Source: Octopus vulgaris (taxonomy: Eukaryota). Taken from it: a DNA stretch of 64,000 bases. Positions 27,406 through 39,500 of the stretch are shown here, in pieces. The notes under the pieces were generated by a model, which did not search any database, was not told the origin of the DNA, and was given only the letters and a program-made list of their open reading frames with translations. A program made the translations under genes and the position numbers. The stretch is from contig OX597817.1 in assembly GCA_951406725.2 (NCBI GenBank), forward strand, positions 164,176,001-164,240,000. Direction: 5' to 3'. Position 1 is the stretch's first letter, and every line of letters begins with the position of its first letter.

Positions 27406-27820
27406 ATATATATATATATATATATGTATTTTCTATTTCTATTTCTATGTCTTGTTATATTTGTAATATATTATGTATAATATCATTGCTGTTGTGTAAT
27501 ATTTAATAAAGTATTGATTGGGTATTATCTGATGGTTGATGATTGATTTAGGTATGTTTCTCCATTTTCTCATATTACATACATATATCATCATCATCAT
27601 CGTTTAACATCCGTTTTCCGTGCTAGCATGGGTTGGACGGTTTGACCGGGGTCGGGGAAGCCAGGAGGCTGCACCAGGCTCCAGTCTGATCTGGCAGTGT
27701 TTCTACAACGATGCCCTTCCTAATACCAACCACTCCATGAGTGTAGTGGGTGCTTTTTACGTGCCACCAACATGGAAGCCAGTCAAGGCGGGATACATAC
27801 ATACATATATATATATGTAT

Positions 27821-27869
<49 letters not shown>

Positions 27870-28082
27870 GTGAAATAGAAAGATGAATAATCTTGTTGCA
27901 GATTAATCAAAAGTTTAACCGATACCTTGGTAGCAAAAATCATAGCAGAAGACAGCACGGTTGGAGGTACAACCATATGGTGTTGCAACCGTGCGTTGGT
28001 GCGGATAATTTGAATATTAATATTATTAGTGAATTGAAGAAATGGAGTTGAACGAAGATTGAACAGAAATCGTTTTATTTCA

Positions 28083-28162
28083 TTCTACACGTGTTTCGAA
28101 AGGCACAATTTACCAAATTCCGATTGAATAATGAGACCATATTGTGTCTTTCTCTTCAGGAA
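28083..28162 (-). ncRNA. Type I hammerhead ribozyme motif with long stem II
   Basis: UUC-CUGAAGA-GAAAGaCACAAU...AUUGUGcCUUUC-GAAAC-ACGU-GUA-GAA. Confidence 0.75.
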
Positions 28163-28334
28163 GAAATAGGAAATCCGTTGGGAAAAACAAAAACGGAGCA
28201 AAACAAATCGAACGAGGCTCCTAAGAGCCCATGGCCAAACCAAATTTGGTAAATTGTGCCTTTCGAAACACGTGTAGAATGAAATAAAACGATTTCTGTT
28301 CAATCTTCGTTCAACTCCATTTCTTCAATTCACT

Positions 28335-28394
<60 letters not shown>

Positions 28395-28685
28395 AGAGAC
28401 AAAACCACTATTTTGCAAAACAAACAAAGAAAGACTTAATCAATACATAACATTTTAATAAATAGTCAAAAAAAACGCCACTACAATTGTTTCCTGTCTT
28501 GATCGACAATCTTCAGTGTGGACTTCAATCTAAAATATCAATATTTTAAAATATAAAAATAATAATTTTAAAATAATTAAAGTATTAATGAAAAAATATA
28601 AATATATAATCCATATATAACCTATATATAATCCATATATAGGAACAAACATATAAATGTATATATAAACTAAAAATATATAATG

Positions 28686-28741
<56 letters not shown>

Positions 28742-29190
28742 TATAAGTATAAGGTGTGTTTGAGCATTCATAGAACACATCTATCCTATAGAAACAATTA
28801 TGATGGAGAAGAGAAGGTGTTAAAAGTTTAAAAAGAATTTAATCCATGCATGCGATTGTTTGAAACAGTAATATTAACATGTAAATAATATGGTAAAAAA
28901 AATTAGAAATTAATTTAATTTTAATTTAATTAATTTCATATTACTGTTCTCCTAATACATCAAAAAAATACATCGTGTCACATAACATATTCGGAAATAC
29001 AGAATATCCTTATGAAAGATGAAAAAAACATGCTAAGATAGTGTTGTTGAGTCTAGTTGTGTGTGAACTAAAACTGATGCGGCTAAATGGTTATTTGAAA
29101 ATATAAGTGAAAGATGTTTAAGAAACATTCCCTCTATATGAAAATAAGTAATTAAATGATATATATTTCATATAAAGCATTTCTTATAAA

Positions 29191-29230
<40 letters not shown>

Positions 29231-29259
29231 ATATATATATATATATATGTATATATATA

Positions 29260-29332
<73 letters not shown>

Positions 29333-29547
29333 ATATAAAGACCTTCGGTCATGAATGACCATGGGATTGCACCTAGAAAGTTACCCTCCTAGACACAAGT
29401 CCGGGCAAGGTTGTTTTATGGAAGACCAGCAGTCGCCCATGCATACCAGCCTCCCCTCTCCACGCCACCAGTATTATCCAAGGGAAGGACAAAGGTCGAT
29501 ACAGCTTGGCACCTGTGACGTCGCAACTCATTTCTACAGCTGAGTGA

Positions 29548-29583
<36 letters not shown>

Positions 29584-29599
29584 ATATATATATATATAT

Positions 29600-31350
29600 T
29601 ATATATGTATATTTAAAAGGCAGGATGTGTGTGTGTGTGTACGTGAATGTAATTTATGCACGTCCACAAATTAGCATGCATGTCGCTCCAATTTTAGGAG
29701 GACATTCGTCATAACCCTTAAATACGAGATATAGTATTCAAATTTAGGATGTTTTTAAAAGACACTATATTTTATAATCAGATTATATATACTGTCTTAC
29801 ACAACAATTAAAATATATTTATTTCAAATCATTCATCTTTCTCCACCACCCCCTCTCTCACACACACACACATTACTTTGGGCATGAAAGAGTTTTGTTT
29901 TTATTTTATGCCAAAGAAAAAAGTGTTTTGTTGAGAGTCCATTTATTTAAACAACATAGAAATGAAGAGGTAGGTAACAATTTGTCAGTGAATTACACAA
30001 TTTAAATGGGTAAAATTTCCGAGGCTCCACCATACCCCACCCCATTTCTCGGACCACAAAAAGGATTTTATAGCATATTAGGAAGCCAGGGTAGTTGATT
30101 CTACACAAAAAATCCAATTTTCTTTTCTTAGTGAAAATCGTGTGAGTGTTATCTAAAAATTAGCCTGTAGTTTTTCATGGTAAATTTGAGATTAAAAAAA
30201 ATTATTTTCCATATTCTTAACCTTCGTATTTTTCCACGTACATTGAAAAATAGATGGTGAAAAGATCAATGGGTATGGGGGGGTGAAATTTCCGAGGCTT
30301 CCACCACACCACACCCCATTTTTTGAACCACAAAAAGTGTTTTGTAGCATATTAAGAGGCCTGATTGTAATTGAAGATGCCCTGCTCAAAATGGTTGGGG
30401 CAGTGTTGAACACATTCGGTTTGCCATCCTCATTGCAACAGGACATTAACACACTCCCACCAAAGTTACTTCTGGAGTTGTCGTATGATGCTGATGGCCT
30501 TGCGGAGTACCTGAGAGCAAATGAACCAAAATTGCTCCCTAATCAGAGGCTGGTGTACGAAACTGTCGTCAGTGCCGTTGAAAAACAGGTGGGTGGCATT
30601 TTTTCCCTCGATGCTGCTAGAGGTACCGGCAAATCGTTTGTAACACAAATAATACTTGCTAAGATTCGTCGCGAGAAACAAATTGCGCTAGCCGTTGCTT
30701 CCTCGAGAATCGCTGCTACGTTATTGCCGGGAGGTACGACGGCGGACTCGGCATTCAAGCTGCCTTTACATTTGGTGAGGGCCAAGGTTCCTACTTGCAA
30801 CATTGGCAAAAATTCAGAGGAAGCTGAAGTTCTTAGACAGTGCTGTCTCACTGTATGGGATGAATGCACAATGACCAATAAGGGTGCCCTTGAGGTACTG
30901 GACCAGTCACTGAAAAGTATCAGGGATTCTACAGCTTCTATGGGTGGTGTAACTCTATTGCTTTCAGATTTCCAGCAAACCCTTCCTGTCATCCCTAAAG
31001 GGAGCCAGGCTGATGAAGTGCGCGCATGCCTTAAGTCATCCACATTGTGGCTCCAGGTTAAGACCTTAAGCCTAAGCACAAACATGCATGCAAACTTGCT
31101 TGGTGATAGCATGCCTGCAGCATTTGCTGAAGACATTTTAGCCATTGGAGAAGGCAAGGTCTCTAGGAATGATAGGGGTGACATATGGACAACCCTTCCA
31201 AATTTTTGGAAACAGTGTTCCTCAATCTGGAAAGTAATTATCCTGGCCCCCCCAAAAACGTAGTTGTCAGTGCTATCAATGACCAGCTCATAAGCTCCGG
31301 GTGAGGAGTGCATCTACAAATCGATTGACCGGACCTCTGACCTCAGCGAA
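29600..31350 (+). mobile_element. Helitron remnant with PIF1-type helicase fragment
   Basis: ORF 30283-31263: LDAARGTGKS (degenerate Walker A), AVASSRIAATLLPGGTTA, VWDECTM, DFQQTLPVIP, LSTNM; Helitron-like 5' region. Confidence 0.88.
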
Positions 31351-31817
31351 ACTGCCCAACCCATGCCAACATAAAAAGCGGACGTTAAACGATGATTATT
31401 TTATATATATATATAGGCACAGGAGTGGCTGTGTGGTGGTAAGAAGTTTGCTTCCCAACCATATGATTCAGGTTCATTCCCACTGCGGCAATTGTCTTCT
31501 ACTATAGCCTCAGGCCGACCGAAGCCTTGTGAGTGGATTTGGTAGACAGAAACTGAAAGAAGCCCATCGTATATATGTATATATATGTATGTATGTATCT
31601 ATGTATGTATGTGTGTCTGTATCTGTCCCCCCCGCCATCACCTGACAACTGATGTTGGTGTGTTTATGCCCCCATAACTTAGTGGTTCAGCAAAAGACCC
31701 CAATAGAATAAATACTAGGCTTACAAAGAATAAGTCCTGGGGTCGATTTCTTCGACTAAAGGCAGTGCTCCAGCATGGCCACAGTCAAATGACTAAAACA
31801 ATTAAAAGAATAAAAGG

Positions 31818-31871
<54 letters not shown>

Positions 31872-31976
31872 TATGCCACAGAATCTTTTATGTTTCTGAA
31901 ACTCATTTATTGAAATAACTTTAGCTATAGCGTATGTAAGAGTGTACACATTGTACTTTATACATTTCGCTTTCAG

Positions 31977-32256
31977 TGGGACAGAGACCAAGCTGAAAAG
32001 GCAATATGCCAACGACCAAAGACAAGTTCATATCTACCTGACAGACAGAAAGCTCTCCAAAACAAACAGAGGAACAACACAGGTGTTGGAGACGATCTTA
32101 TAACCAATTACAGCGAAATATATGACAATAATCAGATTACAATGTATGATGAGGATTATAACCAACGATGGAGAGACAAAAATTTACCGACTTTAAGAAC
32201 CTGGAATTTTACACACGATGCCTGGATTCCTGAAAAGAGTGACCATCCTTATTTTG
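31977..32256 (+). CDS. CFAP107: CFAP107 exon 2
   Basis: tttcag/gtaaag; ...ITMYDEDYNQRWRDKNLPTLRTWNFTHDAWIPEKSDHPYF resembles ISTYDDHYNR...LPPLRTWNGQKLLWLPEKSDFP. Confidence 0.9.
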
Positions 32257-35200
32257 GTAAAGTTCCCAATATTTTATTACTGTCTTCATAAACATGTATA
32301 GCCCTTTAGCATCTAAACCAGTCATATCTGGCCAAAATATTCTACCTGTTTTAGGTTTAAACTGGCCAGATCCAGCCTCTAACTCCTACTTTACGATGTC
32401 ATTCTAAAAATAAACAGTCAGGAGTGGGTGTGTGGTTAGTGGCTTGCTTACCAACCACATGGTTCCGGGTTCATTCCCACTGTGTGGCGCCTTGAGCATG
32501 TGTCTTCTACTATAGCCTCGGGCCGACCAAAGCCTTGTGAGTGGATTTGGTAGACGGAAACTGAAAGAAGCTCGTCATATATATGTGTATATATATATAT
32601 ATTTATATATATATGTGTGTGTGTGTATATGTTTGTGTGTCTGTGTTTGTCTCCCCAACATCACCTGACAACTGATGCTGGTGTGTTTACGTCCCCGTAA
32701 CTTAGCGATTCAGCAAAAGCGACCGATAGAATAAGTACTAGGCTTCCAAAAAATAAGTCCTGGGGTCGATCTGCTCGACTAAAAGCAGTGCTCGAGCATG
32801 GTCACAGTCAAATGACTGAAACAAGTAAAAGAGTAAAGGAGTAGTCACATCATTGAAATCTTGAGGTTACAAGGTAATGCATGGTTAATTCTAAACAATG
32901 TGACCAAAATAATTATTGCATTTGATAGAATAATATGAACACTAAAGGTTTAATTCTGTTTATGCAGTTTTTGCCTCAAGTTATTTACTTTTTACTCCAA
33001 AGACTATATGGTACAAGACTGAAGCCTGGTGCAGCCATCTGGTTTGCCAGCCCTCAGTCAAAATCGTCCAACCCATGCTAGCATGGAAAGCGGACGTTAA
33101 ACGATGATGATGATGTAATTAGAAAACAAAGTTGTTCAGAGCAAAGTTGCTGATGTTGATTTAAGCTAATCGTCACCATTGTCATTTAATATCTGTGTTC
33201 CATACTGACATGGGTTGGATGGTTTGACAGGATCTGATAAGTCCAAAGACCAAGCCAAGCTCCAGTGTTTGCATTGGCATGATCTCTATGTCTGGATGCC
33301 TTTTCTATTGCCAACCACTTTACTATGAGTACTGGGTGCTTTTTTTCATACCACCAGCACTAGTGAGGTTATCATACAACTTGCAAGACTACAGAATTTA
33401 TTGGTTGGTAGGCATTTATGCAAGGAGATGATGAGGTTAGAATATGATAGGAGGAGGGTGGAGCAAGCAGAATCTTGTATAAGAGCTCTGTGGTTACTCA
33501 CCTTTAGGAGAAAGTGCGAGAATGATCAGCAGGAGCTGCAAGTCCAGGGAAGTCCAACTAAGCATTTTGTCTGCTGCAATCTTCTGAGTTCAAATTCCGC
33601 CAAGGTCAACTTTGCCTTTCATCTTTTCGGGGTCAATAGATTAAATACCAGCAAATTTCAGGCCTTGTGCCTATAGTATAAAGGATTGTTATTATTATTA
33701 TTATTCATTTAATGTCAGCTTTCCATGCTGGCATGGGTTAGACAGTTTGATTGCAACTGGTGAGCCAGAGAGCTGTACCAAGTTCCAATCTGATTTGGCA
33801 TGGTTTCTATGGCTAGATGCCCTTCCTAACGCCAACCACTCCAAGAGTGTGCTTGGTGCTATTTACATGACTTGCAGCTGGACTTCCCAAGTGGGAGGTG
33901 AGTAGAAGTGTGTTGGGACAGAGGAACTAGGTAAGTGGGTATGTGCAAGGGATTGGAGATTGGGGAGAGGTAGGTAACAACCCTACAGAGTGGATGTTGG
34001 GAGTGATAGATGACCAATGATGTACGAGAGTGGAAGCATGTAGCTTAGTGTGTCGGACTCATGAATGTAAGATTGTGGTTTCAATTCCTGGACCGTACGA
34101 TCTGTTGTGTCCTTGAACAATACACTTCCTTTCACATTGCTTCAGTTCACTCAACTGGTGAAAATGAGTAATCCTCTGACAAACCGGCCCAACCATCCAG
34201 GTAGAGAATATATATGCTGTGGAAACCAGCCCTATGAGTCTATATGAAAGCAGCCCTATGAGTCTATATGACTCCAGTCTATATGAGAGCAGCCCTATGA
34301 GTCTATAAGACTCAGGAAAAAGAAAGAAAAATAATCATGTATGAGTTGGGGAAGGTAGAGGGATGCAGAACAGTGGGGAGGTGCAGCAAACTTTAATATG
34401 CTAACCACCACAGCCTGTTACTGGTGATGTAACATATTTTTCATGGTCAAGTTCAATCCCCATCTTGAGCAAATATCTTCTACTGCAGCTTGAGGTTGTC
34501 TAAACCTTTCATTACTGTATTTATTTTGAGACGCTCTGTGTTTCTTTTAATTACTTTAAATATAACAAAGAATTTAGTAAAATAACTAGTGTTTGGAACC
34601 TAAATTGTGACTAAGGTTTGGTGGAAGATTTTAATTCAAAACTTATGAAAACAAGACATTTGTACTACAGAGCCAGAGGCGGTTTCAGCTGGGTTGGTAA
34701 CGAAAGGGTTAAGAATTGTTTCTCTATTATATATTTTAACCCTTTTGTTACCATATTCTGTTGAGATGCTCTGTGTTTCTTTCAATTAATTTTAAATATA
34801 ACAAAGAATTTAGTAAAATATCTCAGTTATCTTTCAGCTAGTGTTAGGAACCTAAATTGTGACTAAGGTTTGGTGGAAGATTTTAATTCAAAACTTATGC
34901 AAACAAGACATTTGTACTACAGAGCCAGAGTCAGTTTCAGCCGGGTTGGTAACGAAAGGGTTAAGAATTGTTTCTCTATTATATATTTTAACCCTTTTGT
35001 TACCATATTCTGTTGAGATGCTCTGTGTTTCTTTCAATTAATTTTAAATATAACAAAGAATTTAGTAAAATATCTCAGTTATCTTTCAGCTAGTGTTAGG
35101 AACCTAAATTGTGACTATGGTTTGGTGGATGATTTTAATTCAAAACTTATGCAAACAAGACATTTGTATTACAGAGCCAGAGTCAGTTTCAGCCGGGTTG

Positions 35201-35666
35201 GTAACAAAAGGGCTAAAGTCCTATGAGTGGAAACTGATAGAAACCTGTCATGTTTCTGTGTGTGTTTGTGTGAATGAATTTATATTTCTCCTATCTGTAT
35301 GTATTTGTTCACAGATTGTAAACAGCGACTTCGCTAATGCTGTCGTTTGCTTTACAGTCCACCACAAAAGCTCATTCACACTTCTCGACATGTCTTAACA
35401 TGTTGCACAATCTTCATAAATAAAAGACTCTTTTCCCACAATTTTGTTTGTTCCTAGTTTTCCGCATAAAACATGTCTAAGCTATTTGTTGGTCAATAGA
35501 CTGGGAGATTACTATGTCACTTGGAAATACATTGGGATCTGTACCAAGAAGGGTGTCCTGCAGTAGAAAACTCTTCCTCAACATACTCTTGCCTGACTCA
35601 TGCAAACAAAGAAAATTTGACATTATTATTATTATTATTATAATATAATATAATATAATGAAATTA

Positions 35667-35957
35667 TTGTATACAGTGCTCAGGTGCACCACAACTTGTC
35701 AAAAGTACGTCTAAAGCACATGCAGTAATGTACAAATGTCTGGAGAGCGAACAATGCATGAGTCAGATACATGCTTGTGTATGTATGGAGGGGAGAAAAT
35801 CAGGTGTAGTGTTGGCGAATCTCAGAAAGCATGGAAGTTTTGAAGGATGCAGTGCTCCGACAACTAACAACTGATGCCAGCAGTTTGTTCCATGCTTCAG
35901 CAACTCTCAGCGTGAAAAAATGTTTCCTAAAGTCATGGGAGCTGTGCTGTTTTCTAA
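35667..35957 (-). mobile_element. CR1 LINE 3' fragment
   Basis: Minus strand RKHFFTLRVAEAWNKL..SVV...TASFK, a typical CR1 C-terminus. Confidence 0.78.
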
Positions 35958-36317
35958 ATTTGTATGAATTTGTTAGACAGAAAGTATATAAAGCCCATCA
36001 TGTGTGTGTGTGTGTGTGTAAATATGATCATCATCATCATCAGCAGTCTCCTGTCTTTCATTAATTTATGCTCCCAAATACTAAACGTGTCCATAACCTG
36101 TACACTGAGTAGTTCTTATAACTTGCATCAGCGTTCTGCTATTTCTGTATTTCAGTTTTCAAAATGGAATTGGGTACATTTATTGTAAGAGACACTCGTC
36201 TCAAATAGACCTGAGTAAAATAACATTTACTGTGAATACATTTCCTATTTACCCATAAATCTAACTGGGATTGTAAGAACAATCCTAATGCTTCCGATTA
36301 AAATTTTCTACTTTCAG

Positions 36318-36544
36318 GAGCCCCAACACAATTTGGTTTGCTTAAAGCTTTAAGGAAAAAATGGGTCAAAAATCTGAGAGATGATGAAGATACATATAAT
36401 ACAATTTATCGGCTTGACTTTACAAAATATCCTCCAGAAAAATTTGTGCGCAAACACGCTACCTGTGTAGCTCCATTTGCTCGAGCAGAGAGAAGATTTG
36501 GAAACTTACCATGTATTTTTCCTCACCTAACAAACCATCAGTAA
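36318..36544 (+). CDS. CFAP107: CFAP107 exon 3 (last coding exon; about 246 aa in total)
   Basis: tttcag acceptor, phase 1; GAPTQFGLLKALRKKW...FPHLTNHQ* resembles APPTNYGL...FPHF. Confidence 0.88.
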
Positions 36545-39500
36545 TTTTTTTACTATTTATACCTGCTGTATAAATACATTTGACATTATTTGTACTTGTG
36601 ACTTTGACATTATTTTACTCTCAAAAATATCTTCCACAAAACTGTTGCTGTGATTTCAGAAATATGCTTATTCTTTTTTTTAACGTTTATTTTTTTTCAG
36701 CTCAAGATCTACAAATCAACAAACTGTTAAGCATATATAATTTTTCCTAAGTTCAGAAATTTGACATTTAAAAACTTGTTCAGTTCAATCAGACGTCTAT
36801 CATGGTTACTAATATAAACGAAACTAAATTTATTTTAACTGGTCTGACAATCAAATACTAAAGGTTTTAATTTGTTTTTTTATTTATATATATTTTTTAA
36901 TGTTGATTTATTTGTTATTTCATTTCATCTATTTAATTTTTCTTGTGTCATATCTATCACTTGAAAACATTTTTATTACGGGTCATCCTCTCCACAACCA
37001 TTTTATGCGCTGTCTGTATCGTCTCATAAGTTCATCTTCTTGTACCTTGAGAGTTTGCTCTGGCACCCCATTACTATCATTGTTATCGTCTTCCCAGCTA
37101 TATGGTTTGGGGTCCAGTTCCCCTGGACAACCCTTGGGCACATATTTCCTAATATAGCTCTGATCAATGCCTAGTGAGTGAATTTGTTAGACAGAAAGTA
37201 TATAAAGCCCATCATGTGTGTGTGTGTGTATACATATATATATATATATATATATATAGGGAGAGTTTACAAAAAAAACAAAAAAGACAAAGACAGGTGG
37301 TGTACAAAACAAACAGATGTATTAGTATAACGCTCAGGAATAAAAAAAAAGTCTTTTACATTTCGAGCCTACGCTCTTCTACAGAAAGGGACACAGAAAA
37401 AACAAGGAGAGAAAAAAATATGTGTAGTGGCTAACGATCTATCATGGTGACTAGTGCCGGACAGAAGGGTCAATAATATATATATATTATTGTCATTTTA
37501 ACATCCACTTTACCATGCTTATTATGGGTCGAATGGAATTTGTTGAGGTGGGCTTTTCTACACCCTTTTGCCCTTGTTGCCAACCCTCACATTTTTGCAA
37601 GTAAGGTAATATTTCTCCATGACCGATTGCATTTTCACAGAAAACTGGAAACAAAGGACACTGCTTGTATGATGGTGACATTCATTTACAACTATCAGAT
37701 GTCAAGGCAAGGTGACATTAATGCACTCACACACACATATATATATACTAGCTTAAAATCCGTACTCTGGGCAGACTTTTATGCTGGCTCCTGCGGAGGG
37801 CTAATGTGACCCCTGGCCAATTAGGCCCCAACAGGGCTAAATAGCATGGCTATGTCTATAGTGACTATATGCCCCAGTGATGTTTGATCAGAGGTTAAGG
37901 ATGGATAAGAATTAATTCTGTAATGCAATCATTCTATTGTTCCAGTCCCAAGTTGAATTCCAACTTGGCCAATTTGTCCCAAAGTTCTTATCTTGACATA
38001 AAATTAACGAAGCAAATGTCATTTATCTCCCCCTCGACCTCTGACAAACACCAACCAAGATGGCGTGAATCAGTCAAGCTTTACCTGCTAGAAATAGCAA
38101 CCCAAATGCTTTTAAATCAGATCCCAATGCTGGATGTTCAAGACCTAAATGAAGGGCAGATTTTCAATGCTGGGATTGTCCTGATTCCAAAAAGATATAA
38201 TCTCTATGTAGACTGAGAAGCAAGATGTGGAGGCGCAATGGCCTAGTCGTTAGGGCAGCAGACTCGCAGTCAGAGGATCACAGTTTCAATTCCCAGACTG
38301 GGCATTGTGTGTGTTTATTGAGTGAAAACACCTAAAGCTCCACGAGGCTCCGGCAGGGGGTGGTGGCAACCCCTGTTGTACTCTTTCTTCTTGTTTCTTG
38401 AGTAATGCTGTGATGGACTGGCATCTCGTCCAGCTGGGGGGAAACTCATACGCTATAGAAACCAAGAAACCGGGCCCATGAGCCTGGCTAGGCTTGAAAA
38501 GGGTGCATAAATAAAATAAAGACTGAGATACAGGGGTCCCAGATGGACAGACAGAATTTCACTTTTATTAATATTTAGTGGTTAGGGTGTTCAGCTCATC
38601 GTCATAGGAACATGAGTTCGATTCCTAGTGGCATGTTGTGTCCTTGGGCAAGACTCTTTATTTCACGGTGCTCCAGTCCACTCAGCTGGCAAAAATGAGT
38701 AGCACCCATTTTTCAAAAAGGCCAGCTTTGTCACACTCTGTGTTACACTGAATCTCCCTGAGAAGTATGCGAAGAGGTACGCATGTCTGTGGAGCGCTCA
38801 GTCACTTGCATGTTAATCTCACAAGCAAGCTATTCCGTTAATCAGATCAACTGGAACCCTCGTTATCATAAGCGATGGAGTGCCAGTTATACGTATATAT
38901 GCACAAACGGGCTTCTTCCAGTTTCTGTCTACCAAATCTACTCACAAAGCTTTGGTCAGCCTGGGATTTTAGTAGAAGACACTCGTCCAAGGTGGCATGT
39001 AGTGGTACTGAACCTGAAACCATGTAGGTTGGAAGCAGATTTCTTACCACACGCCCATGCCTGCACCTATATATGTATGTGGCGAGCTGGTAGAAACGTT
39101 AGCACGCCGGGCGAAATTCGTAGCCGTATTTCGTCTGTCGTTACGTTCCGAGTTCAAATTCCGCCGAGGTCGACTTTGCCTTTCATCCTTTCGGGGTCGA
39201 TAAATTAAGTACCAGTTACGCACTGGGGTCGATGTAGTCGACTTAATCCCTTTGTCTGTCCTTGTTTGTCCCCTCTGTGTTTAGCCCCTTGTGGGTAGTA
39301 AAGAAATATATATATATGTATGTGTGTGAATGTTGATATTGTGCACACACACAAAAAATCACTGAGCTACAAACCAATAATCTAATAGCTCCCTTATTAA
39401 AAAAAAGATATTAGTCTCAGCAACATGTATTTATCTAACTCATGCAAGCATGAGAAAATGCATGTAAAACAAAGGATCTCAGTGAACAGATGTTTCAATG

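Noticed and set aside
30283-31263. Host PIF1 helicase gene
   Set aside because: Intronless, truncated, degenerate Walker A, and embedded in Helitron-like sequence
31977-32256. Apparent frameshift in CFAP107 exon 2
   Set aside because: Recounting gives an open 280-nt exon with consistent phases; the gene is not a pseudogene
38226-38300. tRNA-like sequences at SINE heads (also 9136, 39080, 44335)
   Set aside because: They have A/B boxes but no complete cloverleaf, and they continue into repeat bodies
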